From a virus, in IMG/VR virus record IMGVR_UViG_2935656913_000002: 29,595 bases of DNA; one strand, given 5' to 3'. A program made the translations under genes and the position numbers. Position 1 is the first letter of the stretch. Every line of letters begins with the position of its first letter. Positions 1-8,328 of this stretch are shown one piece after another. The notes below the pieces were generated by a model. That model had not been told where the DNA came from. It ran no database searches and saw nothing but the letters and a program-made list of their open reading frames with translations.

Positions 1-267
1 TCACTTGTTTCTCCGGCGCAGTTCCTTCTTGGAATTGCCGTACTTGCCGCGATTGGCCAAATCGCGCAGGAGTTGATTACCTTGACCACGCTGGGTCTCC
101 GCGTAGGGAGATGCGTCCATGGGTGGCGGGGGCAACTTATCGCGCTTATGAAGGACTGGCACATCCAGCATCGCGATCCGGTCGCCGTCTTGGAGCGAAC
201 CCGCCTCAAGAAGCAGGAGGGCTGTCCGTAGGCCGCCCCCAACAATGATGATCCGCTCCTCTTTCAT
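1..267 (-). CDS. hypothetical protein (88 aa, MKEERIII...)
   Basis: 3' part of ORF 1..390; the ATG at 267 overlaps the stop of 264..497 (ATGA coupling). Confidence 0.55.
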   Translation of the reverse strand: MKEERIIIVGGGLRTALLLLEAGSLQDGDRIAMLDVPVLHKRDKLPPPPMDASPYAETQRGQGNQLLRDLANRGKYGNSKKELRRRNK

Positions 268-497
268 GAGTGATAGCTCCTCATGCAGCCGATGGAGCAG
301 AACTTCCCGTTGATCTCGGTCTTGCGCCCGCCGTCGCTGTTGTGGCGGTACTTGAACAAGCTGCGCCACTGGTTGGCGTTGTCGCACCAATCGCAGCCCT
401 TCATGTACGCAGGCGCTTCGACTTGCGTACGCTCAAGATCGAACCGGGCGAAAGGATCGCGGCCGACCGATACCCACTCTGCTTGCATCGTGCTCAT
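264..497 (-). CDS. small Cys-rich putative zinc-finger protein
   Basis: CDWC...FCSIGC pattern; ATGA-coupled to both neighbours. Confidence 0.65.
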   Translation of the reverse strand: MSTMQAEWVSVGRDPFARFDLERTQVEAPAYMKGCDWCDNANQWRSLFKYRHNSDGGRKTEINGKFCSIGCMRSYHS

Positions 498-664
498 GAC
501 GCTTCTCCAAATTTGCGGCGCAACTCTATGCGCTTTTCGTCCACGAAGTACTTTGCGTTGGCGTTACGAATAAAGCCATCGACAAGCAGATCGTACTCCT
601 TGTCGTCGATGTCCCCGCGTTCGCGCGCCCGATCAAGGGCATCGATCTCTGATGAAATGTTCAC
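494..664 (-). CDS. hypothetical protein (56 aa)
   Basis: GTG at 664 overlaps the stop of the DUF6011 gene, with GAGGGG upstream; 3' part of ORF 494..874. Confidence 0.5.
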   Translation of the reverse strand: MNISSEIDALDRARERGDIDDKEYDLLVDGFIRNANAKYFVDEKRIELRRKFGEAS

Positions 665-1446
665 GACCGCCCCCTCAACCGAATGTTGCGACGAGACGCC
701 TGTACGCGTACGGCGCGTTCCTTCTTGGGGATATCGGCAACTGCCGCGTCCGCTGGCGCCGCGAACTGTGCGGGACGTGATCCCCACGCTAGGCCCCAGT
801 TGTCGGCACACGTAGAACCGTACCCTACGGCGGTGGAGCGTTCGTCCTTGAGCCTGCCGTGGCAGAAGCAGCAACGGCCGGTGAGTACACCATGGGCGGT
901 TGCGACCCCTACCGGATCGTCCGCGAATAGCTTCAACTGGCCGACGATGTAGTTCGCGTTCTCACGCGCATCGTTATCGGTCGAAACTTTGGGCGAAAGC
1001 TCGAACTGGCCGTCCTTGAGAATGCGCCCGTACCAAAGTTGCTCATTCCATTCTTTGGTATCGTCATGCTCGGCAACATTGATCGTGCCGGGCATGCGGT
1101 GATGAGATTGCGCGACCGACAACGCGATGAGGTACGGAACCCCGTCTGCGTCCGCTCCCGCGTTGAGCACAATGCGCGGCTTCTTGAGATGCTGCTGGGC
1201 ACGCTCGAACAATGCGTTGATGCCCGACAAATCCCCGATGGCGACTTGTTCGCGGGCCGGTGCCTGCGAGCGGTCGATTAGCCGCTGGACCCAGACAAGC
1301 TGCTTTTCGGAAAGCTGCCGATACTTCCGCGCATCGGCAACCAGCTTCGATCCGAAGTCCGAGGACTGCGCGAGTGCTCCGGACTTAACGAGCGTGTCGA
1401 GTTGATCGACTTTCGCCCAATACACTTCCGAGAGAGGAATAAACAT
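661..1446 (-). CDS. DUF6011-like zinc-finger domain protein
   Basis: C-terminal GRCCFCHGRLKDERSTAVGYGSTCA matches the CxxCGxxLxDxxSxxxGxGPxC pattern; GGAG RBS before the ATG at 1446. Confidence 0.75.
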   Translation of the reverse strand: MFIPLSEVYWAKVDQLDTLVKSGALAQSSDFGSKLVADARKYRQLSEKQLVWVQRLIDRSQAPAREQVAIGDLSGINALFERAQQHLKKPRIVLNAGADADGVPYLIALSVAQSHHRMPGTINVAEHDDTKEWNEQLWYGRILKDGQFELSPKVSTDNDARENANYIVGQLKLFADDPVGVATAHGVLTGRCCFCHGRLKDERSTAVGYGSTCADNWGLAWGSRPAQFAAPADAAVADIPKKERAVRVQASRRNIRLRGRS

Positions 1447-1460
1447 TGTTTTTGCTCCGA

Positions 1461-1475
1461 CCACGTTGCATGTGG
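1461..1475 (-). promoter_or_regulatory. conserved leader hairpin copy 1 (CCAC-ATGCAAC-GTGG on minus strand)
   Basis: + strand CCACGTTGCATGTGG, just upstream of the RBS; same core at 1811 and 3729 with different stems. Confidence 0.55.
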
Positions 1476-1492
1476 CGTAGGAGTATTATACG

Positions 1493-1506
1493 TGCAGGTG
1501 CCTGCA
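1493..1506. repeat. palindrome TGCAGGNNCCTGCA (TGCAGGTGCCTGCA), intergenic
   Basis: exact match; 2 bp upstream of a minus-strand TATAAT (1485-1490). Confidence 0.9.
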
Positions 1507-1521
1507 ATTCGCTACGGTGAG

Positions 1522-1794
1522 TTACAGGACTTGTTTCTCGGTGCATGCCGCGTACGCCGCACTAAAGCGCGCATCCGACCGACACAGGCTCTCGAACTTG
1601 TTGACGAACAGGATCACGGCCGGGTCATCGACAAGCGCGACGGTGCTGTTCAACTCGGCGGCAGCGTGGTCAACGACCTTGACGAATTCGCGGGCGAGTG
1701 CTCGCAAGTTCACGGCGTCCTGCACATCGAGCGCCACCTTGTGACGGTTGTAGGTTTCGCGGTTGCCCCAGTGAATGATGATTTCGTAAGCCAT
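1522..1794 (-). CDS. hypothetical protein (90 aa)
   Basis: AGGAG RBS before the ATG at 1794 (MAYEIII...). Confidence 0.65.
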   Translation of the reverse strand: MAYEIIIHWGNRETYNRHKVALDVQDAVNLRALAREFVKVVDHAAAELNSTVALVDDPAVILFVNKFESLCRSDARFSAAYAACTEKQVL

Positions 1795-1810
1795 GGTAGT
1801 TCTCCTGTTT

Positions 1811-1825
1811 GCCCGTTGCATGGGC
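1811..1825 (-). promoter_or_regulatory. conserved leader hairpin copy 2
   Basis: + strand GCCCGTTGCATGGGC, 4 nt upstream of the AGGAG RBS. Confidence 0.55.
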
Positions 1826-1827
1826 GC

Positions 1828-1911
1828 TTATGGTTTCTTCACAACTTGGACGATGAGTGCCCCGGCGCAGCTACCGATCAGCAGCGTCCAGAGTAGCGTT
1901 TCGGTGGCCAC
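1828..1911 (-). CDS. putative 27-aa membrane peptide
   Basis: manual translation MATETLLWTLLIGSCAGALIVQVVKKP; GTG start overlaps the upstream stop. Confidence 0.4.
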   Translation of the reverse strand: MATETLLWTLLIGSCAGALIVQVVKKP

Positions 1912-2294
1912 TACTTGCTCACGGTGTAGAACGTGATCGCGTAGACGAGATCGCGATCATCAAGTTGCTCGACTTCCGCGATGCCGTACCCGGTGATGAC
2001 CTCGCGCCGCGTGTCGGTCAGGTGCTCAAGCATCTCGCTGTACGAGCAGGAACGAATGAGCGGTCCCATCATGTGGCCGAACATCGGCTGGTACCGCGAC
2101 AACTGAATGTTGGATGTCAGCGTATCAATGAGCCGAATAACTTCCGAGCCGCTGATGGCGTAGAGCGGATCAAGGCACGTCTGCACGAAACTATCGGGCG
2201 GCATGCGCTTCGCTTCGCCCTCGTGCATCGAGGTATGGATCAGTGGGTATCTCGGGTTCGTGGCGTCCACGAAATAGGTGAGCGACGTGATCAT
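1911..2294 (-). CDS. hypothetical protein (127 aa)
   Basis: ATG at 2294 (MITSLTYF...) with GGGAG upstream and a TGATG overlap; 3' part of ORF 1911..2477. Confidence 0.6.
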   Translation of the reverse strand: MITSLTYFVDATNPRYPLIHTSMHEGEAKRMPPDSFVQTCLDPLYAISGSEVIRLIDTLTSNIQLSRYQPMFGHMMGPLIRSCSYSEMLEHLTDTRREVITGYGIAEVEQLDDRDLVYAITFYTVSK

Positions 2295-2425
2295 CAGATC
2301 GCTCCCGCCCAGATGCCGTACATGAGGCCGATGCCGCCGACGAACATCATAATCGAGATGGCGGCGAAGAATTCTTCGAGGCCGGTTTCGTGGATCGTTT
2401 CCACGACGATGTCTTTGAGGCGCAT
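2294..2425 (-). CDS. putative 43-aa membrane peptide
   Basis: manual translation MRLKDIVVETIHETGLEEFFAAISIMMFVGGIGLMYGIWAGAI; GGAG RBS. Confidence 0.5.
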   Translation of the reverse strand: MRLKDIVVETIHETGLEEFFAAISIMMFVGGIGLMYGIWAGAI

Positions 2426-2501
2426 TACAATAGCTCCGGTTAGGTGTTGCACGATGATAAGAGCACGCGCACAACACGCCCGCAGTAGGTGATTACTTGT
2501 C

Positions 2502-2606
2502 TTAGATGCAGCCGCTAGAGCCAGTCCACCAACACGGAGGAAGCTGGGTCGAGAGCCAGTACAGCGCGATCACGTATATTGCGATTGCCAGCAACAACGA
2601 TTTCAT
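2502..2606 (-). CDS. putative 34-aa membrane/secreted peptide
   Basis: manual translation MKSLLLAIAIYVIALYWLSTQLPPCWWTGSSGCI; GAGGA upstream. Confidence 0.45.
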   Translation of the reverse strand: MKSLLLAIAIYVIALYWLSTQLPPCWWTGSSGCI

Positions 2607-2615
2607 GACCATTCC

Positions 2616-2810
2616 TCAGTTCTTGCGCCCGACCGGCGTCAGCAGGTGTTCGCAGAACGTGAAGTGCCGATCCTCGGCATAGCAGCCGTACTGTGCTGCC
2701 TTGTGAGCATCGCAAAAGAACGGGAGCTTGGCCGCGATCTTCACGATGCCGGTGTACGTATCGTTCTCTACGTAGACCTCTTGCCGAAAATCGTACTTGT
2801 GGTCTTTCAC
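2616..2810 (-). CDS. hypothetical protein (64 aa)
   Basis: GTG at 2810 after AGGGGG; 3' part of ORF 2616..2861. Confidence 0.5.
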   Translation of the reverse strand: MKDHKYDFRQEVYVENDTYTGIVKIAAKLPFFCDAHKAAQYGCYAEDRHFTFCEHLLTPVGRKN

Positions 2811-2822
2811 TGTGCCCCCTAT

Positions 2823-2836
2823 TGCAGGTCCCTGTA
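2823..2836. repeat. palindrome variant TGCAGGTCCCTGTA (1 mismatch), intergenic
   Basis: 11 of 12 fixed positions match; T/A flanks as in the other copies. Confidence 0.7.
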
Positions 2837-2879
2837 AACGAAAGGCGGCGCAGCCAATCAAGACCGCGCCGCCAGTTGA

Positions 2880-3287
2880 TTACTTGTTGATGAAGAACGG
2901 CTTCGGTGTGCCTCTGTCCACCGACTCTTTCCAGTAGTGGCCGCGATCCTTCACCAAGCCGTCGTCGGCGTAGACATTCGGTTCGAAGCCGTTCTTTTCG
3001 TAGTAGTCAGCACGGTCCCGGTGAGTGCTATAGAACTTACCGTCAATCATGCCACCGAACACCAGATCGTGGCGATAAAGCATATCCGTATGAACGTCAC
3101 GGACGCCTTCCCCGTATGACCGGACCCACTGAGGCGCACCAGCGCAGTGCTTTGCGAAAGACTGGCCGATGGCCTCATTCATCTGGTCGGACGTGTACCA
3201 GCCAATCCGCACGGCGGAGATAACATCCGCGATGGATGTCTTGAGCGCCGCCTTCCGCTTGATGGAGCGATCCAAATCCATACCCAT
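2880..3287 (-). CDS. hypothetical protein (135 aa)
   Basis: ORF track; TAATG coupling to the upstream gene. Confidence 0.7.
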   Translation of the reverse strand: MGMDLDRSIKRKAALKTSIADVISAVRIGWYTSDQMNEAIGQSFAKHCAGAPQWVRSYGEGVRDVHTDMLYRHDLVFGGMIDGKFYSTHRDRADYYEKNGFEPNVYADDGLVKDRGHYWKESVDRGTPKPFFINK

Positions 3288-3709
3288 TAGACCCGCTCCC
3301 CGATCTTCATTTCGAAGACGATCTCGGCCGGGACAACGCGGCGGAACTCGTGTACCGTCAGCGCTTCCTTGCAGGCGTAGTACTTGCCGTGCGTGTATAT
3401 GTATGCAGCGTAAGTTGCCAACACCCGCCCAATCTCACGGCACTCACGATGCGAGGACGCTTCTCCGACAAGGAAGCCAAAGCCCGTCTGGATAGCGGGC
3501 GGCAACATGCCGAGCATTTCGTCGTACTTCTCGGGGGTGACTTCGACCCACACCGGAACGAACTTAGAGGGCTCTTTTTCCGCGAACATCTCTTGGGCTT
3601 TGCCCATAAAGTCCGCGTACTCGCGCATTGCGAGCTTGAATGTCGTCAGCGTGTCAGGGTTGATTGCCCCGCCGCATGCCTTGGTGAGGTTCGGCCACGT
3701 ATCAGTCAT
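3287..3709 (-). CDS. DUF1419-like protein
   Basis: WVEVTPEKYDEMLGMLPP...FLVGE motif typical of DUF1419; AGGAG RBS before the ATG at 3709. Confidence 0.6.
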   Translation of the reverse strand: MTDTWPNLTKACGGAINPDTLTTFKLAMREYADFMGKAQEMFAEKEPSKFVPVWVEVTPEKYDEMLGMLPPAIQTGFGFLVGEASSHRECREIGRVLATYAAYIYTHGKYYACKEALTVHEFRRVVPAEIVFEMKIGERV

Positions 3710-3728
3710 AGTCTCGTCTCCTGTTGTG

Positions 3729-3743
3729 CCCCGTTGCATGGGG
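3729..3743 (-). promoter_or_regulatory. conserved leader hairpin copy 3
   Basis: + strand CCCCGTTGCATGGGG just upstream of the AGGAG RBS. Confidence 0.55.
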
Positions 3744-3764
3744 GCCGTTGACTAAAGGAAGGTA

Positions 3765-3831
3765 CCCCGGGGAAGTGATCCCCACAACCCCGGGGCGATC
3801 TCACGTCGGAGGGCGGCTCCACACGTGAGAT
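3765..3831 (-). other. two tandem stem-loops downstream of the PC4-like gene (terminator/processing site?)
   Basis: ATCTCACGT...ACGTGAGAT (3798-3831) and CCCCGGGG...CCCCGGGG (3765-3795); only a weak U-tract. Confidence 0.4.
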
Positions 3832-3837
3832 GTTCGG

Positions 3838-4137
3838 TTACGCGGCCTTCTTGGTCTTCGCAGCGGCCGGGGCGGCCTTCGGGGCGCTGGCGGCCTTGAA
3901 GCCCTCGATAACGGCGAGGATCATGCCGGGCAGGTTCTCCACGGCATCAACCGGGAACGAGATGCCCTTGCCGGGGCAGTAGTCCTCGTTCGCGTCCTGA
4001 TAGACCTCGCGAATGTGGAGGCTGGTCTTGCCCTTCCACTCGGCGGTGTAGGCCCACTTGGCGCCGCCACGGCTGGTGCCGAGAACCACGATGTTCTGCG
4101 GCTTGAAATCACTGCGGGTCGGGAATTCGGTGGTCAT
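3838..4137 (-). CDS. PC4/p15-like single-stranded DNA-binding protein
   Basis: EWKGKTSLHIREVY...PGKGISF resembles the PC4 signature FKGKxxxDIRExY...PGxKGISL; Ala/Lys tail; GGAG RBS. Confidence 0.75.
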   Translation of the reverse strand: MTTEFPTRSDFKPQNIVVLGTSRGGAKWAYTAEWKGKTSLHIREVYQDANEDYCPGKGISFPVDAVENLPGMILAVIEGFKAASAPKAAPAAAKTKKAA

Positions 4138-4264
4138 GTGATCGTCTCCGATTTGCCACTCGTTTGGGCGGGAATGCCCGGTGGCGTGATGTGGAGTAGA
4201 TAGGGTGATCTCCAGCCGTGCAATCGTTTCGTACTCGTCATGATTGTAGCAAATAAACGGCTAT

Positions 4265-4298
4265 AACAAAAGGGGCCGCCCAGCTAAGGACGGCCCCT
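4265..4298 (-). terminator. Rho-independent terminator
   Basis: minus strand AGGGGCCGTCC-ttagct-GGGCGGCCCCT followed by TTTGTT, ~20 nt after the stop at 4318. Confidence 0.8.
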
Positions 4299-4317
4299 CC
4301 TCCCACGTTGGAGTGGA

Positions 4318-4776
4318 CTACTTGAACGCTGCGTCAGTGAATGCGAAGCGGCTGGTCTCGGCCGAAGGATCACCATCCACGTGACGGATGTATCCCTTGC
4401 GGCCGAGGTACTTCAGGATGCCCGCATCGGCATTGCCCCGTGCGAAGGGAGCGGTGCCGTACTTGGCCTTGAGCGCCTTGCCGACCTGCTCCGTACGCAT
4501 CGTCAGCACATAGTCGGGCTGCGTGCCGAACGTGGCCAGATCGAGCGCAGTCGTGGACTTGCGCTTGTTGAGGCCAAGGGACGGCCCAGCGTAGGGCGAG
4601 GTCACCGTGTGTTCGATGCGCTCCACCTTGGCGCGTTCGCGCTTGGGCGGGAGTGTGACGGCGGGCGTCTGCGGCTTGGCCGCGACCTTGCGCGCGGGGG
4701 CAGCAGTGACGGGCTTGGCGACAGCGGGAGCAGCGGCCTTGGCGCCCTTGACGGGCAGAACGATCTTGCGAACCAT
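4318..4776 (-). CDS. basic Ala/Lys/Pro-rich protein, possible C-terminal winged helix (DNA-binding?)
   Basis: GGAG RBS before the ATG at 4776 (MVRKIVLPVK); strongly GC3-biased codons; DAGILKYLGRKGYIRHV resembles a recognition helix plus wing. Confidence 0.65.
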   Translation of the reverse strand: MVRKIVLPVKGAKAAAPAVAKPVTAAPARKVAAKPQTPAVTLPPKRERAKVERIEHTVTSPYAGPSLGLNKRKSTTALDLATFGTQPDYVLTMRTEQVGKALKAKYGTAPFARGNADAGILKYLGRKGYIRHVDGDPSAETSRFAFTDAAFK

Positions 4777-4839
4777 TGTTTCAGTCTCCGTTTCGAACCC
4801 ACCGGTATGGCGGCGTTGCAAAACCGACCGTATCCAATT

Positions 4840-4853
4840 TGCAGGAACCCGCA
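4840..4853. repeat. palindrome variant TGCAGGAACCCGCA (1 mismatch), intergenic
   Basis: 11 of 12 fixed positions match; T/A flanks. Confidence 0.7.
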
Positions 4854-4862
4854 ACCGAAACG

Positions 4863-5138
4863 TCACGCTCTTTGCAGGACGTTACTTAACTGCGGCCGGG
4901 CCGGAGTGATGCCCCGTTCGTGGCAGTATATATGGTCCCGTTCGTGCACAGTAACGTCCCACTGCTTGGTGGCGGCATCATAAAGCCAGAGACGTTCCTG
5001 CACATCCTCAAGGATGCCCGGCGAGTCATGCATATGAACGCAGACCCATTCTTCGCGTTCCGCGACCCACATGTACACGCCCATGCCAAAGAGCGTGTGG
5101 TGGAAGTAGACATCGATCTTAGTCTTGTTTTGCGACAT
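4863..5138 (-). CDS. hypothetical protein (91 aa)
   Basis: ATG at 5138 (MSQNKTK...) within ORF 4863..5165. Confidence 0.55.
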   Translation of the reverse strand: MSQNKTKIDVYFHHTLFGMGVYMWVAEREEWVCVHMHDSPGILEDVQERLWLYDAATKQWDVTVHERDHIYCHERGITPARPQLSNVLQRA

Positions 5139-5358
5139 CGCCCTGCCCTTTCTCCCAGCGAGCAAGCATGTCCTTCAGCGCCTTGGCCACATCCGGCCTC
5201 AGACAATTGGACACGTAGTTGGCTTGTGTCGGTAGCACTGGATCGTCGCGCTCCTCCCACACGATCAGCGCGAAAGCCACTTTCTTGCCCGCCACGTTGG
5301 TCAGGACGTTCTCGATGCCCTTTGCCAACGACTGTAACAGCGCCTTCGTCGTGCTCAT
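5119..5358 (-). CDS. hypothetical protein (79 aa)
   Basis: ORF track; FALIVW...ANYVSN pattern resembles small phage proteins. Confidence 0.65.
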   Translation of the reverse strand: MSTTKALLQSLAKGIENVLTNVAGKKVAFALIVWEERDDPVLPTQANYVSNCLRPDVAKALKDMLARWEKGQGDVAKQD

Positions 5359-5456
5359 TCTTCCACCTTCATTGCTGCTTTCATGACCTTAGACATTTAT
5401 CACGTCCACGCCTTACACCGTTGGCTCGCGAGACAAATACATTTAGTACTTACTCG

Positions 5457-5645
5457 TCAGCCGCCAAACGCAAGCAGAAGCTTGGTCGCATCCGCCGCAG
5501 TTTTGTACGCCTTCATGGCGTGCTTGAAAAAAGTCCCGCCGACACGCTTCAGCGCATACGGCAGGAGAAAGAGAAGCACCTTCTGTGGGACTAGACAGAG
5601 GACCAGTGCGGCGACGGCGAAGACTATGTACCGATACCGCCGCAC
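5457..5645 (-). CDS. putative membrane protein (62 aa)
   Basis: hydrophobic N-terminal segment; AGGGG RBS. Confidence 0.5.
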   Translation of the reverse strand: MRRYRYIVFAVAALVLCLVPQKVLLFLLPYALKRVGGTFFKHAMKAYKTAADATKLLLAFGG

Positions 5646-5654
5646 TGTGATCCC

Positions 5655-6155
5655 CTAATGGGCCGCCGCTGGCGACCACGTCGGCGCGATGCGCTGCAAG
5701 AGCGATTGCGCGTCGTTACCCGCTTGTTCGAGGTCGTCCGGCTGGCGTTGTGCTGGCGCTGTGGGGGCTTCCGATTGATCGAGAGCTAGGGCGCTGGCAA
5801 CCGCCGCTTGGCTGGTGCGGTTGCGATCCGCAAGACGCTGGCCGAGCACGCCGATTTCTTTGATCGCGACCGCGAGAATGTCGGACGTGACCTTGGGTGA
5901 GGTGACCAGTGATATTGCGAGCGTCGTCAGCTTGCAGGCCGCGTGCACTTCCGGTGAAACCGCTTTCTCCGGGTAACGGATACCAGCGATGTTGAAGATG
6001 AAGTCCATGGCCGCGTTTTCGGCAACCGCATGCATCCGACTTTCGCCATAGATGCCCGCCTCGTGCCGCATCAGCGCCGCGCCGCGCTCGATCACGTCCT
6101 TGGAGAAAAGCTTGTGGAGGTTTTCTTCGACCTCTTCGATCAGTGGGATTTGCAT
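5655..6155 (-). CDS. hypothetical protein (166 aa)
   Basis: ORF track; GGAG RBS. Confidence 0.7.
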   Translation of the reverse strand: MQIPLIEEVEENLHKLFSKDVIERGAALMRHEAGIYGESRMHAVAENAAMDFIFNIAGIRYPEKAVSPEVHAACKLTTLAISLVTSPKVTSDILAVAIKEIGVLGQRLADRNRTSQAAVASALALDQSEAPTAPAQRQPDDLEQAGNDAQSLLQRIAPTWSPAAAH

Positions 6156-6238
6156 TTCATGCTCCGTTGAGTGGTGACGCGTCGAGCTAAGCCCGGAAGC
6201 TCACGCGGCACAAGTAAGACGATCTGATCTGGGGGGCT

Positions 6239-6252
6239 TGCAGGGGCCTGCA
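6239..6252. repeat. palindrome TGCAGGGGCCTGCA, intergenic
   Basis: exact match, immediately after the stop of 6254..6547. Confidence 0.9.
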
Positions 6253-6253
6253 A

Positions 6254-6547
6254 TTACGCAGGCATATCCACGCCGGGGATCGAAACGTCAATGTCGTGAT
6301 GAGACATGTCAGTGACGAGTTGCCCGAACTGCGGCGGGATGTTGTATAGCTCGACTACCTGTCCGATATCGATGAGAGCGGCAACCGGGACAATTCGAAC
6401 GTTGTTGTCCTCTATCATTTGGCAGCACAAGAGATGTTCGACCGCGCCGTTGTCCTTACGCGTCACCTCGATGAGCGTAAGCTGGTTCTGGTCCGCGTGG
6501 AGCAGAATACCATCGAGCATCTGTGTTGCGTCATCCGGAATAGGCAT
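6254..6547 (-). CDS. hypothetical protein (97 aa)
   Basis: GAGGT RBS and an upstream promoter. Confidence 0.7.
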   Translation of the reverse strand: MPIPDDATQMLDGILLHADQNQLTLIEVTRKDNGAVEHLLCCQMIEDNNVRIVPVAALIDIGQVVELYNIPPQFGQLVTDMSHHDIDVSIPGVDMPA

Positions 6548-6575
6548 CGCACGAACCTCTTTTTTTGATGGTATT

Positions 6576-6604
6576 ATTATAGCGGTTTTTTAGCGTCGGT
6601 CCAA
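6576..6604 (-). promoter_or_regulatory. sigma70-like promoter TTGGAC-N17-TATAAT
   Basis: consensus -10, near-consensus -35, 17-bp spacer, ~30 nt before the ATG at 6547. Confidence 0.6.
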
Positions 6605-7057
6605 ACGTATATTCCGGGCCTTCTTCTTTGCGATGATAAACCTGATCGACATCGCGCCGAGACGGTCAAGCAACGAAATGTCTAGGTTGGTGATCGTCGG
6701 CACATATGAACTGTGCAGGTTCTTCAGAGCGAACGCATGCGGAAAAGTCTGGAGCGCAGTATCGGCGCTGACCCATTTGTCAGCGAGGCCGACATAGAGC
6801 GCGGTCCAGATCGAAAACCCTTTGCCTATGGCTCCGAGAATTTCGTCTATCAGGATCGCGTCGCCGCCAGTATCCCTGATCCCGTAAAAAGCTTTGTCTG
6901 GCGAGGAATACGGGACTGTGAAGTCCAAGTGTCCATTGACCCACTGATGCTTGGCGATGGCATCGAGGAACGTCTTGGCTTCCTGCCCCAGCAACGCGGT
7001 AGGCACCAAGCGCTTCCCTATCGAGTACGTACGTTGTTCCGCATTGAACTTGATCAC
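6590..7057 (-). CDS. hypothetical protein (155 aa)
   Basis: ORF track; GTGA overlap with the upstream gene. Confidence 0.6.
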   Translation of the reverse strand: MIKFNAEQRTYSIGKRLVPTALLGQEAKTFLDAIAKHQWVNGHLDFTVPYSSPDKAFYGIRDTGGDAILIDEILGAIGKGFSIWTALYVGLADKWVSADTALQTFPHAFALKNLHSSYVPTITNLDISLLDRLGAMSIRFIIAKKKARNIRLDRR

Positions 7058-7569
7058 CGGCCGAACATCCTTCGTGTAAAGCTACTCAAGTCCAGCCCGG
7101 CCGGGGGGTTACCACGTGTAACAACGTGGACCGCACCATCGGGGACTGAGGGGTCGATGACGACGGGCATACCCATAAAGTGCGTAGGTACTGTCCGGTC
7201 CTGACTGGGAATTCTTTGCCGATTTTGAATTTCTGCTCTAAGTGCATCCCCCATCGAAGGGCTTACGGCAAGGCTGTCCCCGTTGGTTGCTTCGGCCGCC
7301 GCTCGCGTAAACACCTGTAATTGTTCGCTGGTCAAGGAGATAGCGGGCAAACCACCGCCCATAGCCGCTACGGTCCGCGCCTCCATTGCGGCGAAGTCAT
7401 TCGGGGTCTCTATCGCCGCCGCTAAATCGATGCCAACTACACGTGAGGTTACCGGCCAAGGCTGACCGCGTGCAGGTTCCTGCACGGGAAGCGGCGGCGG
7501 AAGATCGTCAACGACCTTAGGTCGCGGGATAACGCTACCCTTGATGATCCGTGGCGGCAGTCTAACCAT
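7054..7569 (-). CDS. hypothetical protein with Pro-rich N-terminus (171 aa)
   Basis: ORF track; overlaps its neighbours as expected for coupled genes. Confidence 0.6.
   Translation of the reverse strand: MVRLPPRIIKGSVIPRPKVVDDLPPPLPVQEPARGQPWPVTSRVVGIDLAAAIETPNDFAAMEARTVAAMGGGLPAISLTSEQLQVFTRAAAEATNGDSLAVSPSMGDALRAEIQNRQRIPSQDRTVPTHFMGMPVVIDPSVPDGAVHVVTRGNPPAGLDLSSFTRRMFGR
7471..7484. repeat. palindrome TGCAGGTTCCTGCA, in CDS (encodes VQEPA)
   Basis: exact match. Confidence 0.9.
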
Positions 7570-8110
7570 AGGGATTGCTCACATAGAGGCAGTGTTCCAT
7601 CGGCTTGAACCAGTCCCCGCTTGAAAGACGACATCGCGTATTCGGCCGCCGAACATGCGTCACGAAATCCCCATGGAATTGAAAATTATCCAATCGAGGC
7701 GGTTGATCGAAATGCACGTTCGCAATTACGTCATAACTGGATCGGTGTGAGCGGAACGTGTAGTACCACACGTCGTCAGGATCGAGCCGCCCGGGGCCGC
7801 CGTCATGGACGACGTAGTAGATATCCATGCAGTTGTACGGCCACTGCGCTTTGGGCATGTCTTCCCGGGTGAACACACCTGCGATCACCCCTGCCGCGCC
7901 CTTCGAAAGCTTGACGCTGTGCATCCGCGTGGTCTCGGGCAGATAGATCAAGGCCGTATCTTGCTGCGTCTGGATCGCCTGAGTGATCTTGTAGAGATTG
8001 TACTTGTAGGGATTTACGATCCGCCCTTCGTAGTCGAAGTGGAAATCCGCAGCCTTCTTTTCGGCCTCTTTCCGACCACGTGTGTTGATCTTGCGGGGCG
8101 GCATGCCCAT
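7562..8110 (-). CDS. hypothetical protein (182 aa)
   Basis: ORF track. Confidence 0.65.
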   Translation of the reverse strand: MGMPPRKINTRGRKEAEKKAADFHFDYEGRIVNPYKYNLYKITQAIQTQQDTALIYLPETTRMHSVKLSKGAAGVIAGVFTREDMPKAQWPYNCMDIYYVVHDGGPGRLDPDDVWYYTFRSHRSSYDVIANVHFDQPPRLDNFQFHGDFVTHVRRPNTRCRLSSGDWFKPMEHCLYVSNPYG

Positions 8111-8120
8111 GAAACACCCA

Positions 8121-8294
8121 TTAATCTAGGTCAGAATTAAGCTTGTCGCATTTATCGTCAGCGTCCGGCCGCGACAAGACGAGATCGACGCGCTCGCCTT
8201 GTCGTTTGCGGCCATCGTCGGTGATGTATTCCTCGACGATGGCGAATGCTTTAACCGTCATTTCGACAACGGTGTAGCGTTTCTCAGTAGACAT
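8121..8294 (-). CDS. hypothetical protein (57 aa, MSTEKRY...)
   Basis: GAGGA RBS before the ATG at 8294; 3' part of ORF 8121..8681. Confidence 0.55.
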   Translation of the reverse strand: MSTEKRYTVVEMTVKAFAIVEEYITDDGRKRQGERVDLVLSRPDADDKCDKLNSDLD

Positions 8295-8328
8295 TTGTCC
8301 TCGCTGGGCTTTGGACGCACCAACGCAA

